DNA of 64,000 nt from the human T2T-CHM13v2.0 reference genome, Homo sapiens, in assembly GCF_009914755.1 (NCBI RefSeq), contig NC_060932.1; one strand, written 5' to 3'. This document shows positions 18,829 through 49,383 of the stretch, piece by piece (position 1 is the stretch's first letter; the number at the start of each line of letters is the position of its first letter). A program made the translations under genes and the position numbers. The notes under the pieces are model-generated. The model saw only the letters and a program-made list of their open reading frames with translations, was not told the DNA's origin and did no database searches.

Positions 18829-19080
18829 ATAGAAGAGTGAACCGACACAGTGTGTTATCATAGAGGAGACAAAAATGGTAGTGAAGCTTGTGGTTATGTA
18901 TCTTATCTTTCTACATTTACATGTTTTCTGTAAGGAGTGTGGTTATAGAGAGACTGTTGGAACCATGAGAAGGATGTTTCTGTGTTCTTGATCATATTGT
19001 TCTGCAAAACTGCTAAGCCATGAACAGTTTTCTTAGCTACTTAGAATGGTTATACATTTAAAAGTATAAAAACCAAAGCC

Positions 19081-19086
19081 AATAAA
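19081..19086 (+). terminator. ERICH5: Proximal AATAAA polyadenylation signal of ERICH5
   Basis: First canonical AATAAA after the stop codon; further hexamers at 19240 and 19649. Confidence 0.65.
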
Positions 19087-19690
19087 AATGATGTGATTAT
19101 TTAAGAGTGTGAGGGTGACTTTCTTCATTGTGGCCATGGGGCCATTCAGTATAGAAAATGAGACCCTAAAAAGAAAGTGTAAACCTTTAGGTACAAGTGG
19201 CTAGAGAAAGGAGTTAGCAAATTTTAGGGAACTCACAATAATAAAGTCACACAATTATAATCATGATGGAATGAGAATGAACAACAGCAAAAATAATAGG
19301 ATGAACTATACCAAATATTTCTGTCTTGTTATAGAATTCAGAGCTGATAAGAACCTTAGGAAGTATGTCATCTACACATTTGCTCTCCTTTAAGCTTGTC
19401 AACTACCACAGATCCTTATTTATCATGGAATATTAAATATGTTAACAGAATCCTTTGCAAAGGATTGCAACTCTGGTGCTATCACAAGGTTAGACATTTT
19501 TCATGATGAAAGGCTACACATTTTCCATGTGCCATTTCGAATCAGCTGTTGATTTTATACTCACATGAGGTTTTTCAATTGGTGTTATCCTTTTGAATAA
19601 CATTAAAAGTATTTTTAATTAATTCACTTTTAAATGTATTTTGGAGACAATAAACAGCAAGGATTAAAACCTAGATTGTTGCTTATGTAG

Positions 19691-26468
<6,778 letters not shown>

Positions 26469-26639
26469 GACCAACATGCAATGTTCCCCACTCCCCCACA
26501 AAAATTTAACAAATTCTAGTGATTCTCCTTCAGTGTGGAAAAAAAGCCAAGCCAAGACCCAGCCACTAACAAATTAATTAACATGGGTACCAGCATCTTA
26601 TTTCCAGCTCTTTCATTCTAGAGTTTGATTTTGAAGTCA

Positions 26640-27000
26640 TGACGTATATACAAGTATTCCCCCTAGACCCAACCTGGCCAGGGTGTCTAATTTCCTGGCT
26701 TTGGCTTAGGAACGGGAACTTAAGCTGAGCTGGACCAGAGGCTTCCCTGAGATTCTCCTGCCAGAGAGATCAGGAAATGGTTATCTTTCTGCTGGGGTTA
26801 GTGCACTCATAGCCTGTATCTGGGGTCTGCAGCATCTTCCCCCAAGAGACGGATGGAGCCACGAGGTTTCTGGGCTACATGTGCCTAAAGCCAGCTGTAC
26901 TCTGGCCTCTGTGGCCTAAGCCTATGCATTTATCTCTTTTCTCCACTTAATACTAGTTTGAGTTGGGTTTCTGTAACTTACTAATAAAAGACTCTTAATA
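26640..27000 (+). mobile_element. Degenerate MLT1-type MaLR LTR
   Basis: 3' end ..ctagtttgagttgggtttctgtaacttac..aaagactcttaata resembles old MLT1 LTR ends. Confidence 0.5.
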
Positions 27001-27390
27001 TTAAAAGTAGAAAAAAATGACTTATCAATGAGCTGGAGAAAATAATACATATAAGAGCAGAAATAATGATAAAGAAAAGAAAGATATAATAGAAAGGATC
27101 AACAAAGCCAAAAAGTGGTTCTTTAAGAAGATTAATAAAATTAATAAACTTCTGGCAAAGACAGATAAAGAAAAAAAAAAGAAGCCCAAATAAATCATAT
27201 CATTGATGAAAAGGGGGGACAGATATAGCAGAGATTAAAAAGATGTCTACAAATGTGAAAATTTACATGCAAATTCTGCAACACTGTAAATGGCCAAAAC
27301 TGCTGAAGACTAGAAAGTTTAAATGAGGTTTCATGTAATAGCTGGCCATAACTGTTGAAAAAAATAAACTGTATAAAAGTGTATGAAGTC

Positions 27391-27708
<318 letters not shown>

Positions 27709-27849
27709 GTGTATGAAGTCAGAAGTAGGCTTTGAAAAATGAAATAGTTGGAGATTTTAACTTTACCTGCCCCCACTAGGCAATACGTTTTAATGTATAA
27801 ACTGTTAAGAAATAAGTGAACAAAATCACACCAAAGGAAATCTGCCTAT

Positions 27850-27855
27850 TTTATT
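27850..27855 (-). terminator. RIDA: AATAAA polyadenylation signal of RIDA
   Basis: tttatt on + (AATAAA on -) about 480 nt after the stop, with a GU/U-rich stretch downstream on -. An ATTAAA variant lies at 27926-31. Confidence 0.65.
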
Positions 27856-28333
27856 TCCATTAGAAAAATATTATCTATATAACATTTTGTTCCACTATCT
27901 TCTCCTTGATCTCAAATTTAAACACTTTAATTTTACTCAAGTAAAAGCAGAATCACATAACGGACATCAAAACTAAATAGTTCACATCATTAGTTTAAAT
28001 TAAATATGTTCTTGATTATTTCTCAGGAATAGTAACTCTTCTTTCCTACCTGGTATTTCTCTTTTGTTTACTGAGTAACTATGTAATGGGTATCTCTTTC
28101 CTATATTCAGTAATACAGGTGCACACAGGTGTAATTTAAAAAAGTAACTGGATTCCTTCTCTAATATTCATGTTCAACTCTCCCTATTACATGGTATTTC
28201 CATAATAGCTTCAGATATTTTCATCAAACTCACACTGTCATCAATTGTGAAAATTAAAAGGTTAATTAAGATGTTACATCAATTGTAAAAATTAAAATGT
28301 TAACAATTCCAGACTACACAGCACTGGGCCCAC

Positions 28334-28396
28334 TTATAGTGATGCCGTTGTCAGTGGTCCTTGGATAGCTACTGCTTCAATTTCAATTCGGCTGCC
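28334..28396 (-). CDS. RIDA: RIDA exon 6 (GSRIEIEAVAIQGPLTTASL*)
   Basis: Acceptor cacAG; TAA at 28336-28334; contains conserved Glu122 (IEIEA motif of the YjgF/YER057c/UK114 family). Confidence 0.97.
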   Translation of the reverse strand, partial: GSRIEIEAVAIQGPLTTASL

Positions 28397-29089
28397 CTGT
28401 GAGGAAAATGAAAGAATTTGTTGTAATCATTTTGTACAAATTGCAAACTCTATAATACCTACTAAAAACATGCAACCAACAGCAATATAACATTTTTAAC
28501 ATTAAACTTTTCAAGGAAGGAAAGGAGAAGGAAATATTCACCAAGAACCTATAACAGACCAGGTTACCATGCTAGGTATATTCATATACTATATTAGCTT
28601 ATGTGATTCTCACAGAAGCCCTGTTAGAGACGTATTTTCCCCTCAATTCACAGAATGATATGCTGAAGTGTAGAAGGAGTAATTAAGTCATCCCAAGTCA
28701 CAAGCTAGATAGCAGAGGTTGAACCCTTGTCTTGTGATTCCAAGTTCAGAGCTCTTTCTACTACACCCAGTACCTTAATAGGTTTGATAATGATCATTCC
28801 AAGTAACAACTAATTAAAGCAATACAAATGACACTCTTAAAACATAAATTTTCTTTAGTAGAAACTGCAAGTGGAAGTCAGTAAGAGCTGCTTTTTTATA
28901 GGCAGGAATATTGTGCTGCTAAGCTTTGAGTTAAAAGTAGCAAAATCAAAATGGTGAGAAATATGTGTGCCCCTGGTTTAGAGATTATTTTTCTAGTGGA
29001 AGGCTTAGATTTTTAATTGTACAATATCCAGGTGAAATTTTTACTGCAGAACTCACAAACAAACCTGGCTCAAATTTATAGTCCCCTAA

Positions 29090-30502
<1,413 letters not shown>

Positions 30503-31427
30503 TTAAGCAACATTTTAAAAAAGAGGCTCACTATCAGATTTGTTTGATAAAATATTTTGCCATATGATTCCTATGATAGTTAATACTTTTTAAAATCTCT
30601 TAGCTTTCTGGCAAAAAAAAAAAAAAAAAAAAAAGAAATACATACCCTAACATTTTGATCTTGTTTGATGTGAATGGAGTTTTGTTTTTAAAGTGATATT
30701 TATAAACTATTTATCTAAATAGGGAACAAGTGCCCATCTCCAGAAATTTTGGCAAGTACTTCCTCTGCCAACTTTGGTCTTTTCTAATAATTTCTTCAGG
30801 AGAGAATAAGTAACGATGCTTTTTCCAAGTTATACCTTTGCCTCATCCCATTAGGTGTTGGGGACACCAATTTTCCCTACTATAACATCAATGTTAATAA
30901 TAGCTAACATTTACTCAGTGCTTATAACACACCAGCATCTAAGTGCTTTACATGTTGTACTGACTCATTTAATCATTCCAACAACCCTATAAGTTAGGAG
31001 TATATTATCTCCATTTTGCATATGAGAAAACCAAGGCATAGAAATATTAAGTAACTAACTAATGAGTCTGAGAGAGCCAGGATAAAGATGGTGGCTGCAC
31101 CATACAGCCACAGTAAATAAAATCTATGCATAAAAAACTTGTTAGGAGAGTTTAAAAAGCCTGAGAAGGATTTAATGAAATTAAGCTTTTGAAAAATGGA
31201 TATGTAGGATTTCAGTATATTGTTTTAGGGAATGCAATAGAAATGTCTTAGAACTTTTTCATGGGGGGTATACAACATATTTCCAATCAGATTATTAATT
31301 CTTTTAAGATCTATGACCATTTCTTTAGCATCTCCTACCACTCTTAATTCATAATGCACATTCATTAATGTGACCAGATTTCTTTCTTTTTAAAAATGGA
31401 AAATAGGAATAAAGCCAAATTACTTAC

Positions 31428-31496
31428 ACTGTTTGTAGATTTCATTGACAGTATTGAAGTCATTTATGTCAGCCAGAAGAACAGTTGTTTTCACCA
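31428..31496 (-). CDS. RIDA: RIDA exon 4 (VVKTTVLLADINDFNTVNEIYKQ)
   Basis: ctAG acceptor, AGT|GTAAGT donor, 69 nt, phase 1-1. Confidence 0.97.
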
Positions 31497-31761
31497 CTAG
31501 AAGATATAAACATTGTCATTAGGTTTAGTTATTTGGTCTGACCCAAAACATTACTTAGAAAAAGAGTGTATGAATCTGAGACTGTCTTGATTAAAATGGG
31601 ACTGAAATGGGACCAAAGAAGTGAAGTAGAACAGTTGCTATTTAAAACAACTTTTAAATAGCAACAAAGATATGGCACGGCATCTTACTGGATGCCATAT
31701 ATTTTTCAAAAAGACCAAAGAAATATCAAAAAGAAATGTGAAATAATATCAAATTGCTCAC

Positions 31762-31816
31762 CGTTAGTGAAGTCACAGCCTGCAGCTTTCAGAATTTCAC
31801 CCATGTTTTTAAGAGC
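31762..31816 (-). CDS. RIDA: RIDA exon 3 (ALKNMGEILKAAGCDFTN)
   Basis: cacAG acceptor, ACG|GTGAGC donor, 55 nt. Confidence 0.97.
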
Positions 31817-32732
31817 CTGTGAACCAAGCCAAGAAAGGCCTAAGTCACTGATGTTAGATTTAAAGCTTTAATTAAATTCAATTCATCATCTTTTACTAAT
31901 ACCTCCTTAAATAGCTTATGTTGCAGAAAAATCCTCCCTACTCGCTTACAAGTGTGTTTCTTGGCTTTCCTTTAATAGAATGAGTCTTTCTGAAATATGG
32001 TGAAAATGTTGTCTCCTTTTGTGCGTAAAAAGACTAGGTTGAAGTTCCTTCTTCAGTGCTAAAATGTGTTAATTGTTCAGCCAATGTCCACAGAAATAAT
32101 TTCTGGTGTTCTTCATTCGATATCACGTCAAGGATAAGGATGAGCTAGTAAGCATTAAAACATATTTTCTTTTAAAGCAATATTTGACTTCAAAGGGTTC
32201 TTTTTCCTTTTTCTCAAAAAAACAATATTAGTAAATTATATAACAGTTGGAGACACTGGCTTCTGGAAAAACATTTATCTTTTTTTGGATTCACTCTTCC
32301 CACTTTGCTGGTCACAATGCAATATTTCATTATATTCTTGTGTCTTTTAAAATAATCTTCTAAATAGGTAATACATGGATATGGCAACAACAACAACAAA
32401 AAAACTCAAAAGCTATTAAAAAAGCATATACCGTGTAAAGATATCTCTCACCCCTCTCTCCCTCTCCCAAGTTTCCCTCCTCAGAGGTAACCACTGTTCC
32501 TAATTTATTGTATATCCTTCTAGGTACAGTCAATGCTTATGTTACATATTTTTAAACACACAAGCACACATGGTAGCATACTGTGCATGTTGTTCTGCAT
32601 CTTGGTTTTATTACCATGGAACAATTTACCTCGGAGATCTTTCCACATTACTTTAGTTGTATTGATCTAGCATAATTTATTCAACCAGTTCTTTATGAGT
32701 GGATATTTAGGTTTTTAAAAATCTTTCAGCTA

Positions 32733-33708
<976 letters not shown>

Positions 33709-34139
33709 TAAATTATGGTTTAATTATATTTATTGGATTAAAATTATATTCCCCATTCTTATTTTTAAAAATGTTGACTTTTTACTTCTGTGGTGGTAAT
33801 TTTTTTTTTTTTTTTGAAGAGGGGCAGGTCAGTGGCCCTGAGAAGAAAATTTCCCAATCCATGTGGAAGTGGCAACATGTCATCTGACGTCAATAATTCA
33901 GGTTTAAGGTCACCTTAGTGTTAAGGAGGTGGAATCTCTCTTTTGGTTGTTAGATGATTCATGATCCATCAAATTTCCAACTCTTAGATCAAAAACTATG
34001 TTAAATCAAGCAGTAAGTAGTTTAAAAAACATTTATCTGTTAATCTCTATAAAACAAATCCAGGCAAGTGGATTCTTAATGCTCTTCAACATTAAAAAGG
34101 TAGTAGAAAAGGGAACCTTAAATGTGGAAAATAACTTAC

Positions 34140-34245
34140 TTGTTTAGCTTCTTCTGCTACCCCTCCTGACACAAGCTGTCCACTTGAAGGGTCCATGCCT
34201 ATCTGTCCTGAAATGTAAATGGTCCTGTCGACTAATACAGCTTGA
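34140..34245 (-). CDS. RIDA: RIDA exon 2 (SQAVLVDRTIYISGQIGMDPSSGQLVSGGVAEEAKQ)
   Basis: tgcAG acceptor, CAA|GTAAGT donor, 106 nt; SGQ family motif. Confidence 0.97.
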
Positions 34246-34329
34246 CTGCAATAAACAGAAAGCTAGTGTATTTATGTAAGTATAAAACATAAAATTCAAT
34301 GTAGGAAGACTTTTTTGATAGGACAGAGA

Positions 34330-36139
<1,810 letters not shown>

Positions 36140-36217
36140 TAAGTAGTCATCTTCAGACAAGATTAGTCACTGCTTATTGGAGGATCAATTAAGGATATAC
36201 TTTTGAGGGTCCACTTC

Positions 36218-36576
36218 TGATATGGCTTGGCTGTGTCCTTGCCCAAACCTCATCTGGAATTGTAATGCCCATAATCCCCACATGTTGAGAGTAGGACCTG
36301 GTGGGAGGTGACTGGACCATGGGGGCAGTTTCCCCCATGCTGTTCTCATGATAGTGAGTTCTCACGTGATCTAACAGTTTTATAAGTGTCTGACAGTTCC
36401 TCCTACACATGTACACTCTCTCTTGCTTGCCATCATATACGATGTGCCTCTTCCCCTTCCGCCATTATTGTAAGTTTCTTGAGGCCTCCCCAGCCATGTG
36501 GAACAGTGAGTCAATTAAGCCTCTTTATAAATACTCGGGTTGTATCTTTATAGCAGTGTGGAAACGAACTAATACA
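36218..36576 (+). mobile_element. THE1-family (ERVL-MaLR) solo LTR in RIDA intron 1
   Basis: TGATATGG...CTAATACA termini, 359 bp, perfect 5-bp TSD ACTTC (36213-17 and 36577-81). Confidence 0.9.
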
Positions 36577-36789
36577 ACTTCATTTCTGCAAAGTGCTTAC
36601 TTCTGTAACTGACTTTTTCTGTTATGAGGATGCTAAATTTCAGAAGTAGGATAAAATCACAGGAAAAAGAAAACAATACATTGATACCTGAAAAAAAGCC
36701 AAACAAGTCTACTTTTTATAGGAATGATATTAATTTTGGGATGAAGAAAGCCTATCTGTTTTTTTAAAATGTTGAAGAAAGAAGACTTA

Positions 36790-41179
<4,390 letters not shown>

Positions 41180-41944
41180 TAAAGAAACATCACTCTTAAC
41201 AAAGAGAGAGCAGGCCTCAGGTTTTGAGCCAACTGCAATATCTAGGTAAAATTTAATAATACCTTTTTTTAATTGAGTTTATTTTTTACTATTACTTTCT
41301 ATTGAATTGTTTTCTATTTAGTGTACTGTTGTAAAGTTTCCTTTTTCAATTAACTTGTTAAATAAAATGAAGTGAGCCATCTCAAAGAAATAGGTTAAGT
41401 AAATTATAAGTGATATACAGATTTGGCAAACAAACAAACAAAAAAGACAGAAGTAGCACTTGAATTATGAAAACTTTCTCCCCAAAATCTTTATACCATG
41501 CATTCTTCTACCTCCATGCCCTCACTCAAGCCATTCCCTCTACCTGACTTCTACCTCCATGCCCTTCACTCAATGACTTCCTGTTGAAATCCTTAATAAA
41601 TTAATTTAAAAATCAAACTTTACAACACTACTATAAATGACAAAACCAACCTTCAAAACCAAAGGACTACCTCTCACAAGGAACCTTCCTAAATCTTCTT
41701 TTTCCTCTTCCACCCCAAGTTAAAATCAATTTGTCTTTTTTCTCCTTTACTCCCTACCCCACTTGCCCTCTCACTTCTACTGCATTTTATTTATTTCCAA
41801 GTTTTCTATAATAATTCCTGTTCTGCCACATCTCAGTGCCTTTTCTCACAGCAGTAGGTTTAAAGGAGGGAGCTGTTGATGGGGCTCTTTTCAGTTGGGA
41901 GAGAGGCAGACCAAGTATGAAGCTAATGAAAGAAGTTGGTCATA

Positions 41945-42215
41945 AAGGACTGCATGTTTTATGATTCAATTTATAGGAAATGTCCACAACAAGCAAATCC
42001 ATGAAGATGCAAGTAGATTGTCAGGGGCCGGGGGAGAGGAGAATGGGGAGTGAATGCTAATGGGGATGGGATTTATTTTTGGGGTGATGAAAATGTTCTG
42101 AAGAAAGTGGTGATGGCTGCACAACTCTGTGAATATGGTCAAAACCACTGAATTGTACATGTTAAAGGGGGTGAATCTTACGGTACGTGAATTATATCTC
42201 AATAAAGCTGTTACC
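41945..42215 (+). mobile_element. L1MB-like extreme 3' end
   Basis: ggggtgatgaaaatgttctg...gcacaactctgtgaatat...aaaccactgaattgtac...gaattatatctcaataaagctg. Confidence 0.8.
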
Positions 42216-42521
42216 AAGAAAACAAAAACGACCCCCTCCCCCAAAACAAAACACAGGGTCTGAAGGCTTCTAACTGGGGAGAGCTTTCTGGCAGGCTGTG
42301 CTCCGCAGCGAGGCAGCCCCAGAACGAGCAAAGTCCCATGGAGTGCAGGTTCCTGGTCCCATCGTGGCTCCCAACTCTCTGTGGGTCTTCGGGCGCGTTG
42401 CTTACTTTCCAGGCTCAATTTCCTTGCGTGTTAGCTGGGGCTCCGGCCCGGAGTGGCCCCAACCCCGAATCCCCGAACCCGCACGCCCTGGGTCCGACAC
42501 AGCTTCCACCAGCCACGTTAC

Positions 42522-42586
42522 CTGTAGGGTCCAATGGCCCCTGGGGCTTTCGCGGTGCTGATCACCCTTCTGATCAAGGACGACAT
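42522..42586 (-). CDS. RIDA: RIDA exon 1 coding part (MSSLIRRVISTAKAPGAIGPY); 2-iminobutanoate/2-iminopropanoate deaminase, HRSP12
   Basis: gccATG at 42586, CAG|GTAACG donor. The six exons sum to 414 nt = 137 aa + stop. APxAIGPYSQA signature present. Confidence 0.97.
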
Positions 42587-42711
42587 GGCTAAGCCTTCCC
42601 TCTTGCAGCCCCTTCAGGAGAAGAAGCCCCAGCACCAGCCCTGCTGGCTTCTTACTGGACTGACCAACCACAGCAGCGCCTCTGCCCCACAGCTCCCGCT
42701 GGGGGCGGGCT

Positions 42712-42738
42712 CGTGCGGCATTCTGGGAACTGTAGTTT
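42712..42738 (-). promoter_or_regulatory. ZNF143 SBS / ACTACAnnTCCCA composite motif
   Basis: Minus strand reads AAACTACAGTTCCCAGAATGCCGCACG, matching the known bidirectional-promoter motif ACTACAnnTCCCAnnATGC. Confidence 0.85.
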
Positions 42739-42753
42739 CGGCGACGCTCCAGG

Positions 42754-42761
42754 CCACGTGG
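42754..42761. promoter_or_regulatory. Canonical MYC/MAX-type E-box CCACGTGG
   Basis: Perfect palindrome between the divergent first exons. Confidence 0.7.
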
Positions 42762-42778
42762 AGGAAGCGCCCGGTCTG

Positions 42779-42788
42779 GCGCATGCGC
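42779..42788. promoter_or_regulatory. NRF1 site GCGCATGCGC
   Basis: Perfect NRF1 palindrome in the CpG island. Confidence 0.8.
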
Positions 42789-42789
42789 T

Positions 42790-42880
42790 CTCCAGCGCGC
42801 TCTCCAGGAGCTTTGGCTCGGTGGGTACTGTCGCGGAGGCTTGTCATTCTGACCCGGGGATTCCTCACAGCGTCTGGCAG
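42790..42880 (+). other. POP1: POP1 non-coding exon 1 (start approximate; alternative donor at 42910)
   Basis: The POP1 ATG exon begins with an acceptor, so an upstream exon is needed. Candidate donors in the island are CAG|GTTGGT (42881) and AGG|GTGCGA (42911). Confidence 0.6.
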
Positions 42881-43879
42881 GTTGGTCGTGAGGGGCTGGT
42901 GCCTTCCAGGGTGCGAGTGTCGGGGGAACTGTATGCGGCGGCCCCCCTCCCGGCGCCCGTCTCCCCTCTTCATCGTTTCTCTCTCAGACTCCGCTGACCT
43001 CTTTCCTTGCTGCCTGTGCCCGGGGCCCCTCTCCCTGGTGTCGCATCTCCTTCGGCCCCTGCGCTGGAGCCCCCTACGTCAGTCATTTCCCTTCATTGCC
43101 CCGCCGGGTGGAGGCCGTCCTGGGAATGGGCTTGCATCCCCTCTTCTGCAACCCCAAATGACTAATATGGGTCATTCTGGCGACCACGCTGAGATCTGGG
43201 CGTTGGTCCTCCCGTGTTCCCTTTCCTGCTCCTCCTGTGTTCCCTTCTCTAGGGTGCTCCTCGGGCTTTACAAGGTCACTGTCTGAACAGAGCCCTAGTG
43301 ATTGGGATATCATTTCAGAAAGAAAGATGGTGATCTGGAATGGCCCAGATCCCTTGTAAGTATTCTGCTGTGTCAGAAGGGGTGGTACTTGGCTAAATAT
43401 TTCTTATCCTGTTAATATTTGCATTGTAAGTACGCTTCGTTTCTTCATTTATGCGGGCACTCATAGATATATGAGTCCCTACTTTGTGTAAGGCACTCTG
43501 CTAGATGCTAGGAGGAATGCAACAGTTAAAAAAAAAATAATAAAATCTCTGCCTTCCCTGCTTCCTAAAGATAATACAAGAAAATCTGCTTTATTCCCTC
43601 TCATTTTGTCCTACATACTGCTAAGGTTTTGGCCTTCCTACTTCCGGCTCAGGAACCTTCTGATCTTTTTCATTGGTTTGGGGCCTGGAATAAAAGACCT
43701 TTCAGTCTGGCCTCCCCTTGCCTATTCAAGTTTCATTGTCATCTACTCCCTTTTCCCACTAGAGTCCTCCTGTATTCACACTGTGGATTCCTGAATACTC
43801 TTTCTTCCTTATCTGTGCAAATTCCAGCTAACTGAAATTCTATTTTCTCTTTGACTTTTCCTACCAATTCACATTTTTT

Positions 43880-47616
<3,737 letters not shown>

Positions 47617-48777
47617 TGGTTACACCGTTTTAATATGCACTGAATTTTCCAGTAATGCAGTAAATCAAAGCAAGTTTGTACTTTTTTTGGCAGGGTGGCG
47701 GGGGTGGGGGTAGTTTACTAAGGAGTGTTGACCAATTTGGAAAATTACGTCATTAGTGGCATTGCTACCTTCTCTTTGAGGCACTGGTACAACACACCTG
47801 TGCTGCTTTGCCTTTGTAGCTGTTGAATTCATGGTAATTTTATGTATAGGTAGAAGTAAAGACTGGTATTAAAATACTGAACTGCTTTGAGAACAGCTTG
47901 GTAAATACCAGCTGCTCTGAGCTTCCCTACCTCCTAGTGTGTCCATGTATAGGGCCCTTCGGATTTCCTGCAGTTAGCAATGAAAGAGTTAATCACTGGT
48001 ACCTTGGGGTTGAAGGGCTTCCAGGACCATCCAGCTTTATGGATTGTGCCAATGCCTGTGCTGGTGCCTGTGTGGATGTTATTATTCCCTGGGTTCAAAA
48101 TCTATTCATAATATCATCTAGTGTAGTTGTGGTGAAATAGTTACATACAGAAATACATATTATTTTATTAAAATTACTTCTTAGGTCTCCTTTATGTTAC
48201 ATTTAGGGCATCTATTGTAGGGTATGTCTCGATATGTGTCTAATAGGTTATAACATTCATTTCATTTAAAAATAGAGAACAGCTGCTTCAAACTGAATCA
48301 GTAAAAATAGGGGATGTTGAGTTTGAGAGTTGGGAACTACTGACTGGTAAATCAGTCGGGGTCCCACTGTTTTTGTCCTTTATCTTGCTTCAAATTGAAA
48401 TCATTATCTATTGCTATTATAAATTAAATATATAGCTGGCATCATCTGAGTAGTAGAAATGAAAGCGTCCGTAATTTGTGTTGTTTTTAATAGAGTTTCT
48501 CCTTTTGGAATAGGGTGTTCTGTATTTCATTGATTCAGGTGGCTCTTATTTCATCTAATAATCAAGGTAAAGTATTTGAACTAATTAATTTTTTATCATC
48601 CATAGCAATCTTATCTCATTTTTCATTCTTCTAACAGACTTTATGTGGTATCAACAGTTGTATATGATTTAATTATTTGACAGTGCAAACTGCAATGTAC
48701 TAATAGGGTCTCTTCCATCAATAGACTTATTTTGAATCACATGAATATTTACTCATTAAATTTATTTTTATTTTTGA

Positions 48778-49326
<549 letters not shown>

Positions 49327-49383
49327 TCAGCTCTTTTGATAGTCATTATCTAAATAGTAAATGAGCTGAATTAAAAACAGATA

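Larger units (their letters stand above)
42290..43215. promoter_or_regulatory. CpG island / bidirectional promoter shared by RIDA (-) and POP1 (+)
   Basis: The only GC-rich, CpG-dense non-Alu segment in the window; it spans RIDA exon 1 and the inferred POP1 exon 1. Confidence 0.92.

Noticed and set aside
28334-28345. RIDA C-terminal ASL as a peroxisomal PTS1
   Set aside because: It lacks the basic residue of the canonical [SAC][KRH][LM] motif, so it cannot be supported from sequence alone.
42587-42880. Non-AUG N-terminal extensions of RIDA or POP1
   Set aside because: In-frame TGA stops lie about 10 codons upstream in both cases (42850 for POP1).
42534-43286. 250-aa ORF and other ORFs across the CpG island
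   Set aside because: GC-rich DNA is poor in stop codons, the ORF starts upstream of the likely + strand TSS, and no protein family is recognisable. Only the spliced uORF portion was kept as a lead.
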